Shown: piece by piece, positions 1-7,707 of the stretch
How the letters are laid out: every line of letters starts with the position of its first letter
Numbering within the stretch: the stretch's first letter is position 1
DNA from: Eubacteriales bacterium
GTDB lineage: Bacteria; Bacillota; Clostridia; Oscillospirales; CAG-382
Assembly (NCBI GenBank): GCA_045636665.1
Contig: JAZTXY010000106.1
Coordinates: forward strand, 1 to 43,653
Direction of reading: 5' to 3'
DNA length: 43,653 bases
Made by a program: the position numbers and the translations under genes
The notes under the pieces: generated by a model
What the model saw: only the letters and a program-made list of their open reading frames with translations
Told to the model about the DNA's origin: nothing
Database searches by the model: none

Positions 1-963
1 CTGATCGAAGTAGGTCATATCCTTGCCCGAATGCTCTGCATGCTGACCAAGGTCATAGTTTGTTCTGTCGGCAACGCCCCAAAGCTCGCCCCATCCGAAC
101 GGGAAGAGGAACTCAAAGTCGGTAGTAGCTTTGGAATAGAAGCAAAGCTCCTCGGGATCGTGGTCACGAAGACGGAGATTTTCCTCCTTCATACCGAGCG
201 AAAGCAACCAATCGCGGCAGAAGCCTCTCCAATATGCAAACCATTCAAGGTCGGTACCCGGCTCGCAGAAGAATTCAAGCTCCATCTGTTCAAATTCACG
301 AACACGGAAAATGAAGTTACCGGGGGTGATTTCGTTACGGAAGCTCTTACCGATCTGACCGATACCGAAGGGGAGCTTCTTACGGGTGGTTCTTTGAACG
401 TTTGCAAAGTTTACGAAAATACCCTGAGCGGTTTCGGGACGGAGATAAACGGTGTTCTTCGCATCCTCGGTAACGCCCTGGAAGGTTTTAAACATAAGGT
501 TGAATTGACGGATGTCGGTGAAGTTGTGCTTGCCGCAGGTGGGGCACTTGATGTTCTTTTCTTCAACGAAATCCTTCATTTCCTGCTGAGAAAATGCATC
601 GATGGGCTTTTCGAGAGTGTAACCGTTTTCGGCGCACCAATCCTCAATCAATTTGTCTGCGCGGAAGCGTTCCTTACATTCGCGGCAGTCCATAAGAGGA
701 TCGGAAAATCCGCCAAGGTGTCCCGAAGCGACCCAAGTTTGAGGGTTCATCAAAATTGCCGAATCAAGTCCGACGTTATAGGGGTTTTCCTGAACGAATT
801 TTTTCCACCAAGCGCGCTTAATGTTGTTTTTAAGCTCTGCGCCCAAAGGACCGTAGTCCCAAGTATTTGCAAGACCGCCGTAAATTTCGCTGCCTGCGAA
901 AATAAAGCCTCTGCCCTTGCAAAGCGCAACGATCTTGTCCATTGTTTTTTCAGTATTGACCAT
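1..963 (-). CDS. glyQS: Glycine--tRNA ligase, homodimeric type (3' part runs off the window start)
   Basis: Manual translation from ATG 963: [58 protein letters not shown]...[18 protein letters not shown]. Only its antisense shadow (31..1161) is in the ORF track. Confidence 0.95.
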   Translation of the reverse strand, partial: MVNTEKTMDKIVALCKGRGFIFAGSEIYGGLANTWDYGPLGAELKNNIKRAWWKKFVQENPYNVGLDSAILMNPQTWVASGHLGGFSDPLMDCRECKERFRADKLIEDWCAENGYTLEKPIDAFSQQEMKDFVEEKNIKCPTCGKHNFTDIRQFNLMFKTFQGVTEDAKNTVYLRPETAQGIFVNFANVQRTTRKKLPFGIGQIGKSFRNEITPGNFIFRVREFEQMELEFFCEPGTDLEWFAYWRGFCRDWLLSLGMKEENLRLRDHDPEELCFYSKATTDFEFLFPFGWGELWGVADRTNYDLGQHAEHSGKDMTYFDQ

Positions 964-995
964 AATTATCCTCCGATAAATTACCGTGATATAAA
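921..995. repeat. Copy 1 of a 75-bp direct duplication (glyQS leader, RBS, first ~14 codons); copy 2 at 3353-3427
   Basis: 66/75 identical by manual alignment; 33-bp exact core at 955-987 = 3387-3419. Confidence 0.9.
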
Positions 996-1005
996 AATTC
1001 ATTAT

Positions 1006-1034
1006 ATTATACTACATTCTTTGCGCATTTTCAA
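1006..1034 (-). promoter_or_regulatory. sigma-A promoter of glyQS
   Basis: TTGAAA-17 nt-TATAAT on the minus strand, ~40 nt upstream of the ATG. Confidence 0.7.
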
Positions 1035-1110
1035 GTCCTTTGCGCTTATGCGTTCTGTTTTTTTGCGAGATTTCGCCCGATTTTCGCCAAGCACCACCCT
1101 TTGCGAAAGC

Positions 1111-1154
1111 AAAGACCGCTTCCTCGAACGTGCAGTAACGGGAAAGCGGTCTTT
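1111..1154 (-). terminator. Intrinsic terminator after the metallophosphoesterase gene
   Basis: AAAGACCGCTT...AAGCGGTCTTT inverted repeat 3 nt after the stop codon. Confidence 0.6.
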
Positions 1155-1157
1155 ATT

Positions 1158-3395
1158 TTAACCTATATTCTGTTTCTTTTTTCTTTTCATCACAACGATT
1201 GCAACAACCGCAGCCGCCGCGATAACCGCCGCACCGACGTATATCCAAACAGCAAAGCCGCCGTCCGAATCGCTGTCCGAGCCGCTGTCCGAATCGACCG
1301 TAAGAGTATATCCGCTTGCAATCTCAACGTCGTTGTAATAAAGCGAAAGTCCGTTATAGGTTCCGCCCTTTTCGGTGCTCACGGGGTTTCCGTTTGCGTC
1401 CTTAAGCATCGAAACCGTCGCCTCGACGAATTCGGTCCTTCCGTCGGTCGAAACCAGATAAATCCTGCTTCCGAGCTTCTCTTCCCCGTCGGCGCCTGCC
1501 TTAACACTGCCCGAAATGCCTTCGGGGTAGGCGTTCGTTTTTACTGTAATGCTCTTTTCGGTGTAAAGATAAACGCGCTTGGTCGTATCGGTGTCGGTGG
1601 AAATATAAAATCCGTCGTCGTATTTAAGATAATATCTTTCGTCGTGTCCGTTGTCCTCCAGAGTATAAATGCCGAATTGGTTGGATGCCACGCGCCAAGC
1701 GGTGTAATCGGCGTCGATTTCGACACCCGTGTCAAGCTCGGCTCCCTCGGGCGCAACGAGCAGCTTTTGGGATAAAAGACCCTTAAGGTCGCCGATAACC
1801 GAAGCATATCCGAAATCGGTATCGTTTATGAAGTGCCATTTAGCGCTTTCGTCCGGCTCGGAAACGTACACGCTGCCGAAGCCCGATTTTACCTCGACCT
1901 GCGCGCTTGAAAGCTTTCCGTCCTTATCGCACGTAAGCGCAAACGCCTTGCCTGAAGCACCTCCCGAAACGATTAACGAATTTTTGCCGTTTGAAAATTG
2001 GGTGTCGAGCAGATATATCTTTGTTTTTACGCCTTCAACGTAAACGTCCGCGGTCTGATAAAGCTCGATAGCGCCGAGCGTTTCCGCCGTATAGACTATT
2101 CTGCCGTTTACGGCATTGGTCGCAAAGCGCTCGCCGTTTTCCAACCGCACGAACACGGGTCGGTTTTTCGTAAACTCCTTGGGCAGCTCAAGCTTTACGG
2201 TTGCCCTTGTGCCGTTAACGTAGCCCTCTCCTTCGAGCTTATAGCCGACGTAAGCGGTGTGGAATCCGTCAATTCGGTTGCTCATATCCTCGGTAACGGT
2301 AAGCTTGGTTATGTCGGATGTAAGAACCGTCACGTTCTTTTCGGTTCTTCCGTGTCCTATATATTCGGTGTCGGGATATTCAAAATTAAGATAATCGTTC
2401 GTGGTGCCGAAATCCTTCGAGGTCTCGCTCAAATTCGTAGCCCAAGCGCCCTTTGTTTTAAGCGCCGTTGCTCCGTTTATACCGACTCGCTTAACGGTTA
2501 CCCTATCACCCTCTATTATGAAAACCGTCATCGAATTTTCGCCGTTAAGGCAATAAACGTTACCGAGATATCCCGCATTGAGATAGGTGAATCCGAGCGT
2601 GCAAGCATCGGGCGTTGCCTGCTCGTTGCCAAGCTTGCTCACGAACATCGTGTCGCCCTTTGCAAGAAAGACGTTAGAGCCGCCTATGTAATCGTCGAAG
2701 CGATTGTTGTGGTTATGTCCGAACAAAAAAACTATGTTAAGCTTATCGCCGTACTTGTTAAGCACGTCAACAAGATATCTTGCATATTTTCCGTCGCCGC
2801 TGTTGCGGGTTCGCTTTGAATAGTTAAGAGCAAGGTGCGAGGCGACGAATATCGGCTTTTTATATCCGCTTTCGCTCTTCTCCTTAAGATACTGATCGAG
2901 CTTTTGTGCAGTAAGCTTTATTCTTGCCTCGTTGTCGTTATACCACATATAATCGTCCTCGTTTATAACGAAAACGCCGTAATTATCGTTATCGTTTTCA
3001 CCGCTTTTGCTCAGCCCCTTGGACGATGAAGGGTCGTGGTTTCCCTGAACAAAGACCATGTTTTCGTCTTGCATACCCGAAAATTCCGATTTCACCGCTT
3101 CCTTAAGCGCCTTGATATCCTCGGTCTTTGCATCATATTCGTTGTTGTAATCGCCGCAGAAGAGAAGCCCGAACGCATCGTCGAAGCCCTCCGCCTTTAT
3201 CGACGAAAGGATGGCTTTTACGTTTGCTATGCCGTCTTCACGCGTGTTCGCCTGAAAATCGCTTCCCGCAATTACCACAATCGGCTTGCTCTCCTCTGCC
3301 GAAGCCGCAAGGGATAACGCGTAACCCGAAAAGCAGAAGGCTAACACAAGAAAAAGTGCAACGATTTTGCCCAATGTTTTAGGAGCATTGACCAT
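1158..3395 (-). CDS. Exported, C-terminally membrane-anchored calcineurin-like metallophosphoesterase
   Basis: Signal peptide; motifs GSDFQ, CGDY, QGNHD, SHL, FGHNH; beta-rich C-terminal half; DS linker, TM helix and KRKKK tail. Confidence 0.8.
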   Translation of the reverse strand: MVNAPKTLGKIVALFLVLAFCFSGYALSLAASAEESKPIVVIAGSDFQANTREDGIANVKAILSSIKAEGFDDAFGLLFCGDYNNEYDAKTEDIKALKEAVKSEFSGMQDENMVFVQGNHDPSSSKGLSKSGENDNDNYGVFVINEDDYMWYNDNEARIKLTAQKLDQYLKEKSESGYKKPIFVASHLALNYSKRTRNSGDGKYARYLVDVLNKYGDKLNIVFLFGHNHNNRFDDYIGGSNVFLAKGDTMFVSKLGNEQATPDACTLGFTYLNAGYLGNVYCLNGENSMTVFIIEGDRVTVKRVGINGATALKTKGAWATNLSETSKDFGTTNDYLNFEYPDTEYIGHGRTEKNVTVLTSDITKLTVTEDMSNRIDGFHTAYVGYKLEGEGYVNGTRATVKLELPKEFTKNRPVFVRLENGERFATNAVNGRIVYTAETLGAIELYQTADVYVEGVKTKIYLLDTQFSNGKNSLIVSGGASGKAFALTCDKDGKLSSAQVEVKSGFGSVYVSEPDESAKWHFINDTDFGYASVIGDLKGLLSQKLLVAPEGAELDTGVEIDADYTAWRVASNQFGIYTLEDNGHDERYYLKYDDGFYISTDTDTTKRVYLYTEKSITVKTNAYPEGISGSVKAGADGEEKLGSRIYLVSTDGRTEFVEATVSMLKDANGNPVSTEKGGTYNGLSLYYNDVEIASGYTLTVDSDSGSDSDSDGGFAVWIYVGAAVIAAAAVVAIVVMKRKKKQNIG

Positions 3396-3427
3396 AATTA
3401 TCCTCCGATAAATTACCGTAATATAAA
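3353..3427. repeat. Copy 2 of the glyQS 5'-end duplication
   Basis: Matches 921-995 at an offset of 2432 with the ATGs in register (963/3395). Confidence 0.9.
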
Positions 3428-3445
3428 TAGCACTGTACTATACCC

Positions 3446-3474
3446 TTTATACACTATCTTTTTGCGTTTTTCAA
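3446..3474 (-). promoter_or_regulatory. sigma-A promoter of the metallophosphoesterase gene
   Basis: TTGAAA-17 nt-TATAAA; spacer resembles that of the glyQS promoter. Confidence 0.55.
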
Positions 3475-3566
3475 TAGGAATTAAAAGTTTTTATCGTTGC
3501 CGCTCTCACCCGATAACACTCCCAAAAACGGCAAGCGTTTTCTCGGCATACAGTATATTTTAAATG

Positions 3567-3627
3567 AATTATATTGAAAGTTTTTGAAAAGAGCGCGAGA
3601 GAAACTTTTTTCAAAAAGTTTCTCTCG
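3567..3627. repeat. Dispersed hairpin repeat family A, copy 1 (terminator-like)
   Basis: CGAGAGAAACTTTTT-TC-AAAAAGTTTCTCTCG with a GAAAAGAGCG flank; also at 10351-10394 and 28612-28677. Confidence 0.85.
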
Positions 3628-3636
3628 TAATAACAG

Positions 3637-5877
3637 CTAATTCTTCTTACCCTCAGGCAGCATTTTGTTGACCTGCCTTTGCGCCATAACGAGTCGGTAA
3701 TATCTGCCCTTGTTACGCATAAGCTCGTCGTGAGGTCCGACCTCCTCGATTTTACCCTTTTCGAAAACGGCAATCTTCGTCGCGTTACGCAAGGTCGAAA
3801 GACGGTGCGCGATTGCAATAGTCGTTCTGCCGCCCGAAAGAAGCGCGATTGCTTCCTGAATCTGCTTTTCGGTTTCGGTATCGAGCGAGCTTGTCGCCTC
3901 GTCGAGAATAAGTATGCGAGGATTACGCAAAATCGCGCGTGCAATGGCGATTCTTTGCCGTTCACCGCCCGATAACGTGTTACCTCTGTCGCCGACGTAG
4001 GTGTTATAGCCGTCGGGCTGTTTCATAATAAATTCGTGCGCGTTTGCAAGCTTTGCGGCGCGGATGACCTCGTCACGGGTTGCGCCCGGCTTTGCATAGG
4101 CGATGTTGCTGTATATCGTGCCGTGGAACAGGAAGGTTTCCTGCAAAACAACGCCAATCTTCGAACGGTAGGAATGTCTGTCAAGCGTTCTTAAATCCTT
4201 GCCGTCGACGGTTATCGCACCCTCGGAAACGTCGTAAAGACGAAGCACAAGGTTCGCCGCGGTTGTCTTACCGACACCGCTTCTGCCGACCAAGCCGACC
4301 ATTTCGCCCTTTTTAATGGAAAGGTCGATGTTTTTAAGCACGTGCTCGGCATCGGCATAGCCGAACGAAACGTTTTTGAACTCGATATCGCCGTTCATAT
4401 TGACCAATTCCTCGCCCGATTCGAATTCCTCGCTCTTTTCGTCAAGAAGCTCAACGATTTTCGAAAGCGCGGTCGTCGCTCTTGCGATACGGCGCGGCAC
4501 GAAGGACATCCAACGTATCGGCTCGTACATAAGTCCGACGTAAGAAACGAACTGCATAAGGTCGCCAAGCCCGAAATTGGCACTGCCCGACGTGATAAAC
4601 GAGGCATCGCCGACGATTTCACAGCCGAGGAAGAACAAAACGGCATATTCGCCGAAGCTCAAAAGGAAGGTCGCAAACGGCATTATCATATTCCAGGTAA
4701 GCTCGTTTTTCTTGCTTATCTGCGCGATACGCTTTGCCGCGGTATCGAATCTTGCCTCCTCACGCTTTTCGGTGCCGTAGGTCTTAACCACGCGCATACC
4801 CGAAAAAACGTCGTGCATCAATGTGCCTGCGTCCGATTCTACCTGCCATTGACGGTGATAAAGACGGTGTGTGAAACGGTGAAGCACACGGAACATAACC
4901 ACAAGCAAGGGAATGGGAACGATTACCAAAAGCGTGAGCTTCCAGTTGATGACGAACATCATCACCGCAATAGATACGAGCGTCAACGCCTGCTGAAGCA
5001 AATTAGGAACGAGCCAGGTGATAAATTCGCGAAGCTCCTCGGTATCGCCCGAAACGCGCTGAATAAGCTCACCCGAGCTTTTTTTGTTAAGTCCCGTAAG
5101 CGAAAGCTCTTGAATCTTTTTATAAACGTCCTCGCGCATTTTGATTATTATTTTTTTGGAAACTCTTGCGATAATCAAGCGTCTTACCGCCAAATTCGCC
5201 GCCGAAACAAAGCCGAATGCCGCCATTGCGATAATAAGCCAAACAAATCCGCTTTTATCCTCGGGTATAGGAGAAGCCGCAATGTAATCGTTGATAACGC
5301 TTTTGTTGATTATCGGCAGAATTATGCTTATAACACTTGCGAAAATAAGCGAAAGCGAGGCAAGTAAAAGCATAGGCATATGCGGCTTCATATAAGGAAC
5401 GAGCCGTTTGAAAAGCTTTTTCTTGTCAACACACTTCTGGCAGGTCTGACTTCCGCGCGGATAAGGTCTGCCGCACTTCGGACAGCGGTCGATTTTCGGG
5501 TCGGGAATATCGTTGCCCTTACGAGCCGCCTCGAGCTTCTTCGTTGCGGCGCGGAAAACCGTCGCAAAGCGCATATCGGCGCGGCAAAGCTCAATATCAC
5601 CGTCCTCGGTGCTCGATTCAAGCGCAATACAGCCCCAAAGCTGAACGAATTTAATTTCCTTCAGCGCCTTAAGGTCGATAATTACAGTTTCCTTGTCCTT
5701 TTCCTTAAAGTAAAGCTTTTCGCCCGCAAGCGCACAAACGCCAACCGTTTTTTGGTTGTCGAACGAAAGGTCGTAATGGAAAAGATATTTCTTTTCGTCG
5801 GGAAGCGATTGAGTCAGCTCGTTTCTGACGACCGCAAAATCACCCGACGGGTTTACGGTGTTGAAAATTTCTTTCAT
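3637..5877 (-). CDS. ABC exporter (TMD-NBD fusion) with N-terminal extension and Zn ribbon
   Basis: CPKCGRPYPRGSQTCQKC, ~6 TM helices, GRSGVGKT, LSGGE, ILILDE, IAHRLST. Confidence 0.92.
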   Translation of the reverse strand: MKEIFNTVNPSGDFAVVRNELTQSLPDEKKYLFHYDLSFDNQKTVGVCALAGEKLYFKEKDKETVIIDLKALKEIKFVQLWGCIALESSTEDGDIELCRADMRFATVFRAATKKLEAARKGNDIPDPKIDRCPKCGRPYPRGSQTCQKCVDKKKLFKRLVPYMKPHMPMLLLASLSLIFASVISIILPIINKSVINDYIAASPIPEDKSGFVWLIIAMAAFGFVSAANLAVRRLIIARVSKKIIIKMREDVYKKIQELSLTGLNKKSSGELIQRVSGDTEELREFITWLVPNLLQQALTLVSIAVMMFVINWKLTLLVIVPIPLLVVMFRVLHRFTHRLYHRQWQVESDAGTLMHDVFSGMRVVKTYGTEKREEARFDTAAKRIAQISKKNELTWNMIMPFATFLLSFGEYAVLFFLGCEIVGDASFITSGSANFGLGDLMQFVSYVGLMYEPIRWMSFVPRRIARATTALSKIVELLDEKSEEFESGEELVNMNGDIEFKNVSFGYADAEHVLKNIDLSIKKGEMVGLVGRSGVGKTTAANLVLRLYDVSEGAITVDGKDLRTLDRHSYRSKIGVVLQETFLFHGTIYSNIAYAKPGATRDEVIRAAKLANAHEFIMKQPDGYNTYVGDRGNTLSGGERQRIAIARAILRNPRILILDEATSSLDTETEKQIQEAIALLSGGRTTIAIAHRLSTLRNATKIAVFEKGKIEEVGPHDELMRNKGRYYRLVMAQRQVNKMLPEGKKN

Positions 5878-5884
5878 GTTTTAA

Positions 5885-5975
5885 TATCTCCCCGAGCTTT
5901 TATAAAAGCTCGGCAAAATTTTTTATCTCCCGCCCGCTTTTGAAAAAGCGGGGTAAAATCTTTTATCCCCCGCGG
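5885..5975. repeat. Tandem hairpin units (family E) abutting the ABC gene RBS
   Basis: TATCTCC-CCGAGCTTTTATAAAAGCTCGG-CAAAAT, then TATCTCC-CGCCCGCTTTTGAAAAAGCGGGG-TAAAAT, then a degenerate third unit; related hairpin at 7323-7343. Confidence 0.7.
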
Positions 5976-6045
5976 TAAAGGCTGTATATGTTCGTTTCCC
6001 TCTCTCCGCGTGGTTGCTATGTTAATTCTATTTGTTTCGTGCGGT

Positions 6046-6468
6046 CGATTCTTGAATCGCCCGTTTGCGTTGCAGTTTAATTTTACGCTCGTTTTATTTC
6101 ATTGCGTTGAATCCTGAAGTGCCTTCCCCCGAAAATGCAAAGCATTTTTGGGGTGGGTGTGGGAAGGTGGCAAAATCTTTGATTTTGACGGATGAGAGGT
6201 AGCCACTAGTGGCGTTGTTTTTCCCGTTAAATGCTAACAAACCCCTCATCAGTCAGCTCCGCTGACAGCTTCCCCCCCGAGGGGAAGCCTTTTCTTATCG
6301 TTCCGTTTATGTTCTACAGTTGCGTTATATCACTGTGCGTGACGGTTAGAATAGCCTTCCCCCTCGGGGGAAGGTGGCACGGCGTGTCCGACCGCCGTGA
6401 CGGATGAGGGGTCAAATAAAACGTTTTCCTTATACGTTACCGGCGAGCGATTCTTGAATCGCCCCTAC
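6046..6468. repeat. BIME-like mosaic of REP-like elements (families B, C, D)
   Basis: C (GCGATTCTTGAATCGC) at 6046-6062 and 6447-6468. B (GCCTTCCCC..GGGAAGGTGGC..GACGGATGAG) at 6121-6199, inverted at 6241-6290, and 6353-6412. D 27-mer at 6127-6153. Confidence 0.85.
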
Positions 6469-6483
6469 GGCGTACGGTTACAC

Positions 6484-6721
6484 AAAAATACAATAAAAAT
6501 CCCATAAAAATCCGCGATATGCGCGTGGATTTTTATACCTAAGAGCATCGCAACCTTGGACAAGCCGAAGGCGCGCACAAACACGATGCGAATGCACTGC
6601 ACTCACAAAACCCCGCCGCGCGGACAACCGACCAAAATGCTTGCATTTTGTGTCGAGAGCGTAGCGACGTCGAGAGTGTTAGCGACCACGCGGTCCCCGA
6701 AAATGCAAAGCATTTTTGGGG
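6484..6721 (+). repeat. Structured repeat family F, copy 1
   Basis: 36-nt exact match of 6545-6580 to the reverse complement of 28424-28459; same module order as 7499-7702. Confidence 0.8.
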
Positions 6722-7297
6722 TTACAGATACAATTCTATCTTTTTAAAGCTCTTTCTGTCCAGCGCCGCAACGTCGTCAATGCGGTAGCGGTTGCCGTCT
6801 ACGTCGGTGATAATAAGCATTCCGTCGCCGACACGCGCGATATTGCGATAGGTGTCGTGCATCGAAAAGCTCATATCGCCCTTGTCGGTTTCGACCTCCC
6901 AGAAGGAATAGCCGAGCTTTTCCTTAAGCGATTTTATCTTCGTAACAGTCGGGCAAAGGTATTTTCTGCCAAGCTCGGCGCGGATAATCTCCTGCGCTTC
7001 ATCGGGCATTTCGGCAAGATTGCGTATCATCGCATATTCTCTGCCGTCCTTATTAAGCACCGAAATATATTCATCGGGTGTTTCAAACGGGAAGCAACGG
7101 TGGAAAAACACTCTGCCGAGGTCCTGCTTAACGGGGGTTTTATCGGCATTCGACTCCAAATCGTCACCGAATTTCGGCAAAACCGCCTCCAATGCGGGAA
7201 ATCCGTTTTTAGTGCGGTAAAAGCGCGAGTTTTCGGCGGTAAGATAGGTTATTTCCGCCAGCTCGAGAAAGTTATCGTTTTTTATTTCGTTTGCCAT
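6722..7297 (-). CDS. DUF1854 family protein
   Basis: RCFPFETPDEYISV...ELGRKYLCP.V.KI...WEVETDKG...DVDGNRYRIDD...LDRKS pattern; lies between two ABC exporters. Confidence 0.8.
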   Translation of the reverse strand: MANEIKNDNFLELAEITYLTAENSRFYRTKNGFPALEAVLPKFGDDLESNADKTPVKQDLGRVFFHRCFPFETPDEYISVLNKDGREYAMIRNLAEMPDEAQEIIRAELGRKYLCPTVTKIKSLKEKLGYSFWEVETDKGDMSFSMHDTYRNIARVGDGMLIITDVDGNRYRIDDVAALDRKSFKKIELYL

Positions 7298-7322
7298 TTT
7301 TATTCACTTTCCTTTTACACAC

Positions 7323-7449
7323 CCCCCGCTTTTAAAAGCGAGGTCGATGCGTCACATAAATTCAAAACACAAAGTGTTTTTATAATTGAATCAACATATT
7401 TTTCAAGGACATGCGCCTTTTGCCCCAAAAACGGCAAGCGTTTTCGGGG
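7323..7449. repeat. Repeat debris: E hairpin, AAAACACAAAGTGTTTT hairpin, truncated F start and inverted D hairpin
   Basis: 7389-7404 = 7512-7527; 7396-7419 = reverse complement of 28477-28500; 7424-7445 = 3521-3542; TCAAAACACAAAGTGTTTTTAT also at ~31945-31966. Confidence 0.75.
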
Positions 7450-7498
7450 ACCCCGTTCGGGGGAACGGCATCCGAGGCGCAATCGCATTGCTACAATA

Positions 7499-7702
7499 AA
7501 AAATACAACAAAATCAACATATTTTTCGGCGACATGCGCGTCGAAAAATATACCTTAGATGTTCGCGAGCGGTGAGCGAGGCGCGAGCGTACGAACATCC
7601 AAAACCCCGCCGCGCGGGTATGGGGTCCCCAAAAAATCTTTAGATTTTTAGGGGAGAGCAAAGCGACTACGGGGTCCCCGAAAATGCAAAGCATTTTTGG
7701 GG
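7499..7702 (+). repeat. Structured repeat family F, copy 2
   Basis: AAAAATACAA, 13-bp stem with ACATGCG loop, ACCTTAG, second stem, AAAACCCCGCCGCGCGG, hairpin-GAGAGC..AGCGAC, D 27-mer. Confidence 0.8.
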
Positions 7703-7707
7703 AATAT

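Noticed and set aside
964..1157. T-box riboswitch expected upstream of glyQS
   Set aside because: The promoter is ~40 nt from the ATG, leaving no room, and no T-box motif is visible
31..1161. 376-aa + strand ORF
   Set aside because: Antisense shadow of glyQS; no RBS or recognisable motifs
1265..1296. 12-bp tandem repeat CCGAATCGCTGT
   Set aside because: Encodes the DSDS linker of the phosphoesterase
6556..6747. Short ORFs over repeat regions (also 7491-7694, 10217-10399, 28331-28513)
   Set aside because: They translate palindromic repeats and have no RBS or coding character
5878..7707. Possible CRISPR array or integron attC array
   Set aside because: Repeats are irregularly spaced, mixed in orientation and nested; no cas or integrase gene; no constant spacer length
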